Positions 16,377 to 25,319 of a stretch of DNA of 64,000 nucleotides are shown in pieces (within the stretch, counting starts at the first letter, position 1; each line of letters starts with the position of its first letter). The notes below the pieces were generated by a model. The model ran no database searches. It had not been told where the DNA came from and saw nothing but the letters and a program-made list of their open reading frames with translations. The position numbers and the translations under genes were made by a program. The stretch is from a virus, in IMG/VR virus record IMGVR_UViG_3300027917_000021, positions 91,896-155,895 of that record, one strand, 5' to 3'.

Positions 16377-17029
16377 AGAAACTCCTTTATGTCATTTAAC
16401 ATTTCCTGAGGAGGTTGATTAGAGTCTACAATGCATTCAGTTGGGACCCGAATACTGTCTATTTCCTTCTCTGAAGGATGCTCTAAAACGGATTTATCAA
16501 ATTCTCCATATAACTTTTTTATTCGTGCTTCTTGGGTTTCTTTTGATATAAACAAAAATATAGATTGCCAATTATTTCTATCAAACCATTCAAATTCATT
16601 TTTAAATCTGCAATCATCTATTATCCATACTGTATTTGGATCCTTTTTAGATTTGGCATCTGCTATTTTTATCCATATTTGATCATCTATCCTTTTTCTA
16701 GCGCCATCTGTACCAAGAAACTGTAATCGTTTGCGAGGTTTAGGTTTTTCATGTGGAATAAAACGAGTTTCAAAAATAATTTTATGCCACGCAGTATAAA
16801 ATTCTTCAGGAATATCTAACCCTAATTTTGTTTGTATTTCGTCCCTGGGATCGTAATATGGAAGAATATATTTATTGATAAGGCTTTTCCAGTCTTCGTC
16901 AATATTGTTAACCAGGTCATAAACTGGTCCGGCCAATCTTAATATTTTACTATTAGGTATTTCCTTAACAAGTAGGTTAGCGGCCGTTGTTTTACCACTT
17001 GTCATTTTACCTACGATTAATATGTTCAC
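16352..17029 (-). CDS. Deoxynucleoside monophosphate kinase
   Basis: GKMTSGKTT P-loop, RKRLQFLGTD, IIDDCRFKNE, HPSE. Confidence 0.85.
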   Translation of the reverse strand: MNILIVGKMTSGKTTAANLLVKEIPNSKILRLAGPVYDLVNNIDEDWKSLINKYILPYYDPRDEIQTKLGLDIPEEFYTAWHKIIFETRFIPHEKPKPRKRLQFLGTDGARKRIDDQIWIKIADAKSKKDPNTVWIIDDCRFKNEFEWFDRNNWQSIFLFISKETQEARIKKLYGEFDKSVLEHPSEKEIDSIRVPTECIVDSNQPPQEMLNDIKEFLCKKGLSF

Positions 17030-17041
17030 AATGTTTTCTGG

Positions 17042-17551
17042 TTATTTTTTCCAATGGTCTGCTACGTAAGCATCTACTTTCACTGGCGTATGTTTTATCC
17101 ATAATTGTGCAGCATCAACCATAAGTTTACTTAACATATTTTTTGCATCTTCTGCAATATTTTCTCTGGCTTCCAATAAAATTTCATCATGGATAGTACT
17201 AATGATTTTACAGTCATTGTCCCAACCACGCGCGATAATTTCATATTTAACCAGAGTTAATGCTTTCTTTGTAATACTGGCATTGCCGCTTTGCAAAGAC
17301 ATATTCTTTGCAATATTTGCTGCGTGTGCTCGTTGTTTTGGAAGTCTAAGATTAAAACCTTTAAGCCACCTTAGTCGGTTATCCATATAACATCTTACAC
17401 ATTCACTTTCTAAAGCTTCTGCAGCTCTAGCATCGAGGAATTCCCTTACTTTTGGAAATGCATGCCAGAACTTGGACAATAGCCTTTGGGCTTCATCGTA
17501 TTCAACTTCTAATTGGTTTGCTAGCCTTGTAGGACCAAGGCCATAAGCTAC
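17042..17551 (-). CDS. polA: DNA polymerase family A, exon 2
   Basis: VAYG completes motif B after exon 1 KNINFG; N..LQS and motif C TIHDEI. Confidence 0.9.
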   Translation of the reverse strand, partial: VAYGLGPTRLANQLEVEYDEAQRLLSKFWHAFPKVREFLDARAAEALESECVRCYMDNRLRWLKGFNLRLPKQRAHAANIAKNMSLQSGNASITKKALTLVKYEIIARGWDNDCKIISTIHDEILLEARENIAEDAKNMLSKLMVDAAQLWIKHTPVKVDAYVADHWKK

Positions 17552-18085
17552 CAGGTACCCCAATGTTTCCAATGGGCCTGGACTATCCCTTTATGTATCT
17601 ACCCGTAATTGGGTTGCGTGTGCAATGATGCTTTTGGTGACAACTTTTACACAATATTTCTAGATTTGATAGATCATTATTTGTTCTGTCTTTGTCTATA
17701 TGATGTGTTAATAAGTTATTCACTGAATCACAACGATTGCATTTTTTATCGTAGTGATCAAAAGCTCGTTTACTAAAATTTCTAATTCCATTTTTATACA
17801 TATGGTTTGTGGTGCCAAATTGATTACCACCACTACCAACACCAGGCTTAGATATAAATCCATGTTTCACTCTCCAATTGTAAGAGTGAAATGCTGATGA
17901 GCATTTTGTAGAACAAAATTTTCGTTTTCTTTTTGGCAATTCATTGCCACAACGCATACATACCGCTCGTCTAGCCTCTACACTTTCTCTTGCCAAAGAG
18001 CTTAGCTCGGGATTGCCATCACCATTATGTGTTAAGGTTTCCCCGAATTTGGGCGGTTTTATTTCGGCATAATTAGTTTTCATCT
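17552..18085 (-). mobile_element. Group I self-splicing intron in polA (534 nt)
   Basis: Exon 1 ends in U pairing UUCGGU/GCCGAA (P1 U.G); P AAAUUCGGGGAAACC, Q AAUCCCGAGC, R GUAGAGGCUAGA, S AAGGGAUAGUCC; terminal G; splicing restores KNINFG-VAYG. Confidence 0.9.
17583..18083 (-). CDS. Intron-encoded HNH homing endonuclease
   Basis: CxxC...FCSxxC zinc finger; CNRC..HHIDKDRTNNDLSNLEILCKSCHQKHH. Confidence 0.85.
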   Translation of the reverse strand: MKTNYAEIKPPKFGETLTHNGDGNPELSSLARESVEARRAVCMRCGNELPKRKRKFCSTKCSSAFHSYNWRVKHGFISKPGVGSGGNQFGTTNHMYKNGIRNFSKRAFDHYDKKCNRCDSVNNLLTHHIDKDRTNNDLSNLEILCKSCHQKHHCTRNPITGRYIKG

Positions 18086-19411
18086 ACCGAAGTTAATATT
18101 TTTTCCGATTGGTCTTAGATCAGCATTGACATCTTCAGTTGCTACTTTAACAATTCCTTTATCTAAATACTTATCGCCTTTACGGATAACAAGTTTATCT
18201 TGAATCATTGTAGCAACGTGTCCATGTGCATCCAGTCCCAAATCAAATATCTTTTTGAATTCTGGGTCTTCTGAGAATTCCGCAAGTAATACTAATTCCA
18301 TGCCAGCGTAGTCGGCACCTACAATTTTCCATCCTTTTTCTGCAGTGAATGCCGCACGATAATTAGTATCACGTGGAATATTTTGTGCATTTGGCTCGCG
18401 ACTAGAGTAACGACCGGAGTCAGTGCCACCTACTTGTACAAATGTAGGATGTATTCTTCCGGTTTTTGGATGTACGTGTTCTTTATAAAAACCTGTGCCG
18501 TACGTTGTTACGCGTTTTTCATATTCCCGATATTTAAGTAATGCCCTTACAGCAGGATGTACAATACGTTCAAGGACCTCTTTGCCAGTCCCAGGAATAC
18601 TATGCCCAAGAATTTGTTCTAATAATGGTTTTAATTGTACATGAGAATTATAATTTACAATTGGATCTCCAAATAAATCCTTTTCACAATGTTGCAAAAA
18701 ATGTTTATCCAATTCCTGTTTTTTAAGCAAACTTTCTTTTTTGGCAGTTGCTTCTAATGCACTCCATTTTGCAAAATCAAGATGCAGGCCATTAAGTTCC
18801 ATATCACCGGTGACAGAAATTACCTCACATTCTAAATTATATACAGAGTCTAATTTCAAATCAACAATATCAAGGACAAGTACTTTGTGTAATTTATGTA
18901 AATAGGCCACATCATCGGCTGCATATTTTATTTGCTCGTCTGTAAAAGGGCCTTTGTGGTTTTCAAATGTTTGTCTAACTGATTTTGACAAATCAGCTAA
19001 ATTATAATCATGAGTTAAATCATCTAATCCGAAACCTTTCTTTTGTAGTCCGGCCCGAATTAATTGTGCAGCGATCATTGTATCTTTTAGATAAAGAAGT
19101 TCTATTCCAAGAGACTGCTTTATCATTTTATAATCAAATTTTGCATTATGCAGAATAAAAACTTGTTGTGGATGTTCCATAACAGTTTTAAATTCTGATA
19201 ATAATTCAGGAAATGTTCCTAATGTTTTTTGTACGTCTATAACCGCCTGGTTGCCTTGTTCAGTGCCAAGCTGTATTAATAATAATTTCGAAGTGAATGG
19301 GTCTAGTCCGGTAGTCTCTGTGTCAAGAGCTAGTGGGGCATTATCCAAACGTCTAATTGCTTCCAGCAAATCAGTGAAAGCATCCTTGGTGTCTATAAAT
19401 AAAACGCTCAT
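18086..19411 (-). CDS. polA: DNA polymerase family A, exon 1 (3'-5' exonuclease plus polymerase motif A)
   Basis: LDTETTGL, HNAKFD, YAADD; SGRYSSREPNAQNIPR; ADYAGMEL; R..GKNINFG. Confidence 0.92.
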
Positions 19412-19432
19412 TTATTTTTGGTTGGTTTGGTT

Positions 19433-19585
19433 ATGTTTGATTGTGGAGGATTAACAAAAGAAAATGTACAAATATTATGTAAATCTTGTAATAGTTTAAA
19501 AGGAATAAATTGTGAAGATTATAGAATATTATTCCATATTACAAATATTTGTCTAATAAATTACGAGCACGTGGATTACGTCTAA
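19433..19585 (+). pseudogene. HNH endonuclease C-terminal remnant (not in the ORF track)
   Basis: Translates MFDCGGLTKENVQILCKSCNSLKG..., the second half of an HNH motif without the upstream DH. Confidence 0.6.
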
Positions 19586-20321
19586 TTTTTTTGAGGGATT
19601 TTTTCTTTATTTGTCTGATCCTTTCTCGCGTTAAACCAAGAATGTTTCCTATCTCTTCCAAAGTAAAAGGTCTAAATTCATCCACACCGTGATAATATTT
19701 TAAAATTTCTATTTCCCTATCGTTTAAATTGTCTAATATTGTTTCTAAATCTATCCTTAAAGATTCTGCTTCGAACCTGTTGTCCGGCGGCAATGCATCT
19801 TTATTTGGAAATAATTCAATCATTGGCTGATCGGTCGAAGTTTCAGAATCAAGTCTTACTGGAAATGCTGAATACATTTCAAGAATTTCATGATCAACCT
19901 CGTACTCAGAGGGAGACAAGTCTCCCTTTTCTTGCATATCTTGTTCCATCAATTTTCGTGTTTTCTGTATCTCATTAATTTTATTAATTGGAATTCGCAC
20001 CACACGAGTATTTTCGGAAAGAGCTTGGAGAATACTTTGTCGTATCCACCATACGGCATATGTTATAAACTTCATGCCTTTTTCTGGATCAAATCTTTCT
20101 GCTGCTTTGCATATTCCATAATTGCCTTCAGCTATTAATTCTTCCAATGGCAGGCCTTGACCTTGATATCCTTTTGCCACATCTATTACATACCGAAGAT
20201 TTCTTATAATTAATTCATCCTTTGCACGTTTATTTCCACGTACTGCTTTTCGTGCTATTTTTCGCTCTTCTTCGGCTGTAAAAAGCTCTGTTTTTCCGAC
20301 GTCTTTTAAATATTTGTCCAC
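19539..20321 (-). CDS. RNA polymerase sigma70-family factor (RpoD/RpoS-like, no region 1.1)
   Basis: NLRYVIDVAK, DPEKGMKFITYAVWWIRQSI, TLEEIG..LTRERIRQIK. Confidence 0.95.
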   Translation of the reverse strand: MDKYLKDVGKTELFTAEEERKIARKAVRGNKRAKDELIIRNLRYVIDVAKGYQGQGLPLEELIAEGNYGICKAAERFDPEKGMKFITYAVWWIRQSILQALSENTRVVRIPINKINEIQKTRKLMEQDMQEKGDLSPSEYEVDHEILEMYSAFPVRLDSETSTDQPMIELFPNKDALPPDNRFEAESLRIDLETILDNLNDREIEILKYYHGVDEFRPFTLEEIGNILGLTRERIRQIKKKSLKKIRRNPRARNLLDKYL

Positions 20322-20578
20322 TAAGATTTACTTTCGTAATATTTATCTGCGCGCTCAAAGTATTCATGGTGCGTTCTTATAAGAGTATGTTTCAACATTC
20401 CCCACAAGAACCTTTGCCAGTGATTGTCAGGATTCCACCCCATGCTAATTATTACAGCATTTTTTATTTTCAAACTATTTTCAGTGTTTTCCATAAAGTC
20501 TGGTTCGCCAGAGTTTAAAGATAAAACGTTGTCAATTTCAATTTCAAATTCAGGAATAGCAGGTTTCTTTTTAGCCAT
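20321..20578 (-). CDS. Hypothetical protein
   Basis: ORF in operon. Confidence 0.6.
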   Translation of the reverse strand: MAKKKPAIPEFEIEIDNVLSLNSGEPDFMENTENSLKIKNAVIISMGWNPDNHWQRFLWGMLKHTLIRTHHEYFERADKYYESKS

Positions 20579-20583
20579 AATAA

Positions 20584-20868
20584 TTAACTGGATGGTAGAT
20601 ATAATTTTGCAAAATTTTGTAAATTAATCGTATGAGAAGTATTGGCGCCATCAGTGTATGTTATAGTGCCATTGGCATCGTAAGTAGTTATTGTACCTAC
20701 GCTGGAAGTACCGTCGGAAGTTCCAGACCAATTGATTTTAAATACATTGCTTGTGTCGGAAGCTACTGACCATTCTCCAATCTGATCAAGCACTTGCTGA
20801 TTAAAAATAAATTCGTAAGTAAGTACTTTTTCTTTTACGCCATTCGCTTCTATTATTCTTACTTTCAT
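20584..20868 (-). CDS. Hypothetical protein
   Basis: ORF in operon. Confidence 0.6.
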   Translation of the reverse strand: MKVRIIEANGVKEKVLTYEFIFNQQVLDQIGEWSVASDTSNVFKINWSGTSDGTSSVGTITTYDANGTITYTDGANTSHTINLQNFAKLYLPSS

Positions 20869-20916
20869 ATTTCTAAGTGGTTAACGATTTTAATTTAAGA
20901 AATAAAAATACAAAAG

Positions 20917-21300
20917 TCAATTTAATATAGTAATTCCTTTTGGAATATTTTTTGGATTTATTTCTATCGTACTTTTTAATGTATAAAAGGGTTGTCCTAT
21001 TCTTTTATCATCAACAAAAAAATCGAATTCGTACACATAAGTAAATGGATATTTAAACAGCATATTGAGTATTTTTGGAATTTGATATCTATCTGTTTTA
21101 TGTATCCATAAATGCATGGTTGCATTTTTTACGTCTATTTTTGTTATTTTTATTTCCTTTACATTTTTCTTTTTTACAAGAAATCCGTAGCGATGTTGCA
21201 TGTCTTTTTTCATCATGCGTATAACACCTGTCAGTGTTTTTGGATATTCCGGAGCAGGTTTTGCGGACTGGTTATCCATTAATTTCCATTCTCCCTTCAT
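20917..21300 (-). CDS. Hypothetical protein
   Basis: ORF in operon. Confidence 0.6.
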   Translation of the reverse strand: MKGEWKLMDNQSAKPAPEYPKTLTGVIRMMKKDMQHRYGFLVKKKNVKEIKITKIDVKNATMHLWIHKTDRYQIPKILNMLFKYPFTYVYEFDFFVDDKRIGQPFYTLKSTIEINPKNIPKGITILN

Positions 21301-21980
21301 TATATAATTAATCCTTTTGGAAGTTGTGTATATATTGTTCCATCCAAATATGGATTTCTTATTAGTTTTCCGCCAATTAAAGCTTGCCTATAATAAAATG
21401 GAATGTTTAAATAATCAGCATAATGATGAATACTTCTTACTATATCAGTACGCATATACTGTCGTTTATCACCAGACACTACTATCCATTCTATCATGTA
21501 TTTATTTGTATATCCGTCGCCCGGACATGTTTGGCAGGGATATGCAGGCTGCCACCCCTTTTCACCATAGTGTACTTTATTATCACATCTAAATAAAGGT
21601 GACAAGTCTATGTTTTTTGTTAGACCATCGAAGAATAACCATCTTTTAACAAATGGAAGATGTTCGATGGACCTTAATAAAACATTAAGGTTAGTATTAT
21701 TATCTATTTTTAATCCTATCCAGGTATTTGGCAAGATACATGTAAGATCTGGCTGAGAACTCGGAATCAAAAAGATGTGTTGTTTTTGTTTATTTATTAT
21801 TTCAACAGCATCTTTTCTCCACATATGAGGAACATCTGGGTCGAAAAAATCAGCCTCCGTACCTACAAATATTCTAATAGGATTTTTATATGTAAAAGGA
21901 CGAAAAAAGGTAGTATTAGACGTACGCCGTAATCTACCTTTTTCGTATATCCATGGATTCCAAGTTTTATGATACATCAT
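21300..21980 (-). CDS. DUF5131 (phage Gp37/Gp68)-like protein, degenerate
   Basis: TWNPW, IFV..DFFD..VP..WR, IEWIVVSG, IPFYYRQ. Confidence 0.65.
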   Translation of the reverse strand: MMYHKTWNPWIYEKGRLRRTSNTTFFRPFTYKNPIRIFVGTEADFFDPDVPHMWRKDAVEIINKQKQHIFLIPSSQPDLTCILPNTWIGLKIDNNTNLNVLLRSIEHLPFVKRWLFFDGLTKNIDLSPLFRCDNKVHYGEKGWQPAYPCQTCPGDGYTNKYMIEWIVVSGDKRQYMRTDIVRSIHHYADYLNIPFYYRQALIGGKLIRNPYLDGTIYTQLPKGLII

Positions 21981-23197
21981 GTATTAAAACCCATGCTTTC
22001 TGTTTGTACGTTGAATTTGTTATATTTTTCCAGTTCTACAACTATATAATCGGCTTCTTTGATTGAGATGGTTTGTCTTTCATAATGTGTTATACTTGAC
22101 ATAACAAAATCTTCTACAAAAGCCATACTAAATCCTTTTTTAACTAATTTCGGGACATATTCTTCTGTAGTTTTTTCATTTTTAATTTCGAACTGGCGCC
22201 TTTTGAAAAACCCAAGAATTCCGGAAATATCTGGTTTTTTAAATTCGTAAATGCGGTCGAATCTTCCAGGTCTTCCTAATATAGCACTTGACAACTGATC
22301 CGTATTATTTGTAGTACCAATTATGATTAATCCGTTCGCAAGACGAGAAACACCATCTATAGCTGTTAAAAAATCAGATAAAGTTATTTTTGCATAATCA
22401 TCATCGTTTCTTCCTATAACTTTATCCATATCTTCCAAGTAATATATGGATACTGGATTATCTGTTTCGTGTCCTATGGCAAATTTTTCAATGTCGAATG
22501 ATCTGTCATCAGCAAAAGGTTGGTCATAATATTCATGTGGCATTTTTATAGTGCCATCTTTTTCTATTCTGGTAATAATATCAACCATTTCTATCCCAAA
22601 TGCCAAACCTAACTTTCTCAAAAATAAAGTTTTACCATTTCCTGGAGGACCATGAAATATGTATCCTCTTTTCCAGATCATGCCAAACTTTTCGTATTTT
22701 TCTCGGCTTTTAAGAAATTTCTCGAAGTCAGATAATATAGCATTTTTTAGATTATATGGTAAAATTACATCTTCTAAAATTTGTTTTCCCTTAAGAAATT
22801 TTGTTTCTTGAAGTGATTTTTTATATTTTATGTATATTTTTGACAATTCTTTTATAATATTAAAAGCGTTTTCCTGTGTCATATTTTGCTTTAATATTGA
22901 TGCTTTCCATATATAATCTGCACCATCAAAAATTGTATAAAAAATCCCATAGAAACCAAACCCAAGATCAAAAACATATTCTATCGGAGGCTCGTCTGAT
23001 GAAAAGTGACCATTTATTTTTAACAAACCTTTATTGCAAGAAGCAATTAAAGGAAAAGTATCAGCAAACATTTGCAATATACCGTTGCCAGAAGAAATTC
23101 CAAATCCACTATATTTCTTATCTTTATCTGCAAAAAACTTTTCTTCTACAACATTCAGATTAATTATTTCATTGCCTAACTTAAAATAATCATTCAT
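21977..23197 (-). CDS. AAA+ ATPase
   Basis: WKRGYIFHGPPGNGKT, LEDMD, TTN, RPGRFD. Confidence 0.9.
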   Translation of the reverse strand: MNDYFKLGNEIINLNVVEEKFFADKDKKYSGFGISSGNGILQMFADTFPLIASCNKGLLKINGHFSSDEPPIEYVFDLGFGFYGIFYTIFDGADYIWKASILKQNMTQENAFNIIKELSKIYIKYKKSLQETKFLKGKQILEDVILPYNLKNAILSDFEKFLKSREKYEKFGMIWKRGYIFHGPPGNGKTLFLRKLGLAFGIEMVDIITRIEKDGTIKMPHEYYDQPFADDRSFDIEKFAIGHETDNPVSIYYLEDMDKVIGRNDDDYAKITLSDFLTAIDGVSRLANGLIIIGTTNNTDQLSSAILGRPGRFDRIYEFKKPDISGILGFFKRRQFEIKNEKTTEEYVPKLVKKGFSMAFVEDFVMSSITHYERQTISIKEADYIVVELEKYNKFNVQTESMGFNT

Positions 23198-23203
23198 ATT
23201 AAA

Positions 23204-23554
23204 TTATCCTATTGTTAATTTTAGTATTAGCATTCCAATTAAGCAACCGGACAAATTCCATACAAAAGCATCTTGTAACGAAAATTTATCTGAATAACAA
23301 AAGTTTTCTCTTAACCAATTTAACCAGTATGGCTTACTTTCATCATATTCAAATTCATAATACCATGGGTTAATGCCATCCCACATCTCCCATAAAATTC
23401 CAAGCATCCATACGGCTAATGCGGCATGCACTACGTTTTTCTCTGGCATTATAAAGTAAAATCCAATTGTTAGAATAAGGCTAGCACAGAAATGAAACCA
23501 GTTATGCCAGCTTTTATATTTTATATTATTTAAATCATTATTTACTTCAAACAT
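23204..23554 (-). CDS. Membrane protein
   Basis: Three hydrophobic segments; H..., WE..D, D..WN..G pattern. Confidence 0.7.
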   Translation of the reverse strand: MFEVNNDLNNIKYKSWHNWFHFCASLILTIGFYFIMPEKNVVHAALAVWMLGILWEMWDGINPWYYEFEYDESKPYWLNWLRENFCYSDKFSLQDAFVWNLSGCLIGMLILKLTIG

Positions 23555-23943
23555 TAATATCGACCTGTGCCTTCTATTTGCTCAATCATTCTAATCATTG
23601 TGTTTTCATTTAATGGCTCATCTTTTGCACGGTTTACCAAACGTATAGTATAATCATATGATTTGTGCGCCGCGCTAAATAAACCATTAATATTTATTGG
23701 TGGGATATTTTTTAATAATTCATTAAAATCTGATCCCATCATTGCATATCGGTGGCCTTGTAAATCTTCAAATATGGTTCTAAAACTTCCTCGTGTTGAA
23801 TGTACTTCTACCAATCTTAAATCTAATTCTACTTCAAAATTTGGAAGCCATTCTTTTGTATTCTTGTCTGAATGTGCCCAATAATAACTTGATAATTTAC
23901 CATTAGATTTAAGTATTGGTACTGGAAAATTTCTACTTCTCAT
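23554..23943 (-). CDS. Hypothetical protein
   Basis: ORF in operon. Confidence 0.65.
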   Translation of the reverse strand: MRSRNFPVPILKSNGKLSSYYWAHSDKNTKEWLPNFEVELDLRLVEVHSTRGSFRTIFEDLQGHRYAMMGSDFNELLKNIPPININGLFSAAHKSYDYTIRLVNRAKDEPLNENTMIRMIEQIEGTGRY

Positions 23944-23944
23944 A

Positions 23945-24556
23945 TTAAAATCTGGCTATAAATTTAGGTGAATTTTTTTCATTTCTTAAATAATTAATGA
24001 AAAGCTGAGAACCAATTGCAGCAATTATTTTATTTCCTTGCTGAATAATTCCTTTTTCTAGTTCATGTGCTAATTGGCAACTTGTGCCATCTTCTGGTGT
24101 TTCAGCTAATGTTTCTAACATTTTGTCCAGCGTATTTTTTTCGTGTTTAGTAAAAAATGCAACTGAACGCCCTTCCGATCTAAGATCGATCCAATGTTTT
24201 TCTGGATTTTTTTCTGCCCAATGATATAAAAGTTTCCTGAATTGACTATTATCTACTGCTGCTATAACTATATCATAAGCATCTAACTGAGATTCTTCAG
24301 TTAGTCTATCTACTTCATAGTCAAAATTATATTTCATTCCAAGTACTTCTGATTTTTTATCGCCTAAATCAAATTCTTGGAAATTTTGATATTTGAGATT
24401 TTTGGTATCTACCGTGTCATCATCCCACACAGTTACTTCTATTGAATATGCGCCATATTGTCCGTGTTGTTCAAAATTATATAGCTCTCTACAAAAATAA
24501 CTGCCTATGCCACCACCACCTACTACAGCGATCCTACGTCTTTCCACGATTCCCAA
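23945..24556 (-). CDS. ThiF/E1-like adenylating enzyme
   Basis: VVGGGGIGS, DDDTVDTKNLKYQNF..K, AVDN..FR, WIDLR and candidate catalytic Cys in GTSCQ. Confidence 0.9.
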   Translation of the reverse strand: MGIVERRRIAVVGGGGIGSYFCRELYNFEQHGQYGAYSIEVTVWDDDTVDTKNLKYQNFQEFDLGDKKSEVLGMKYNFDYEVDRLTEESQLDAYDIVIAAVDNSQFRKLLYHWAEKNPEKHWIDLRSEGRSVAFFTKHEKNTLDKMLETLAETPEDGTSCQLAHELEKGIIQQGNKIIAAIGSQLFINYLRNEKNSPKFIARF

Positions 24557-25035
24557 ATCCTTTCTTGTCCATCCGGATATACTGCATCCGGCGTAATATT
24601 TTCTTCATTTATAGATATTCTTTTAAAATATGTACCATCCCAATACCAGGCGGCCAGATCATCTGCCGCAACTCCATATATTAAATATACGGTATGCCAC
24701 GCCGCACCAGTTACATCATATTGGCTTGGAACTGGTCTTCCATTTGGATGTGTGTGAAAAGTAGCGGTTAAATGCAATGCAGATTCTTTGTTAAATAAAG
24801 TTGTTCTTTTTAATACTGATAAGTATTGATTAGGATCCATTATATAATCCCATTTAAATTGTGTTTTACTAACATTATTTATTGGATGAAAAAATACTGG
24901 CAATGCTCTGTATTCATTATCTATATGATTTATAATACCGGTTAATAATCCACAACATTCTTCTGGATAGTGTTCTTTGCTATATTGTTGTAATTCATCC
25001 AATAATTCTGGTCGTATATCAATTTTATGTATCAT
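24523..25035 (-). CDS. JAB/JAMM (MPN+) metalloprotease
   Basis: PEECCGLL and HTHPNGRPVPSQYD (E..HxH-x7-S-x2-D). Confidence 0.9.
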   Translation of the reverse strand: MIHKIDIRPELLDELQQYSKEHYPEECCGLLTGIINHIDNEYRALPVFFHPINNVSKTQFKWDYIMDPNQYLSVLKRTTLFNKESALHLTATFHTHPNGRPVPSQYDVTGAAWHTVYLIYGVAADDLAAWYWDGTYFKRISINEENITPDAVYPDGQERIWESWKDVGSL

Positions 25036-25045
25036 TTTTCCTTAA

Positions 25046-25077
25046 AAAATAAGGGGAGATTTCTCTCCCCTTATTTT
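25046..25077 (-). terminator. Intrinsic terminator-like hairpin after the Ubl gene
   Basis: 14-bp perfect stem AAAATAAGGGGAGA/TCTCCCCTTATTTT, GAAA loop, U tract. Confidence 0.8.
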
Positions 25078-25318
25078 AGTTTCCGCCTGCCAAGGCATTA
25101 GTTAAGATAATATCTTCGGCTAAATCAAGATCTCTTGTTGTAAGCATTTCTGGATTTTTAAAATCACCATCTATATATAGCCATTTTGCCTCATCTTTGA
25201 CCAGAGTACGAATATTATTTAATGCTGTTAGATGGTCAAGCTGATATTCGTCGTCACCATTTGGAGAGACTACTCTAAAATGGATGTTTTCTTTTTCGAA
25301 TTTTTCTGTTTTTTGCAT
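25076..25318 (-). CDS. Ubiquitin-like (beta-grasp) protein ending GG-N
   Basis: 80 aa, C-terminus IILTNALAGGN; adjacent to JAB and E1 genes. Confidence 0.75.
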   Translation of the reverse strand: MQKTEKFEKENIHFRVVSPNGDDEYQLDHLTALNNIRTLVKDEAKWLYIDGDFKNPEMLTTRDLDLAEDIILTNALAGGN

Positions 25319-25319
25319 T

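Noticed and set aside
17552-17572. Independent start of the 176-aa polA C-terminal ORF
   Set aside because: METLGYL lies within the intron 3' end; the spliced junction restores motif B
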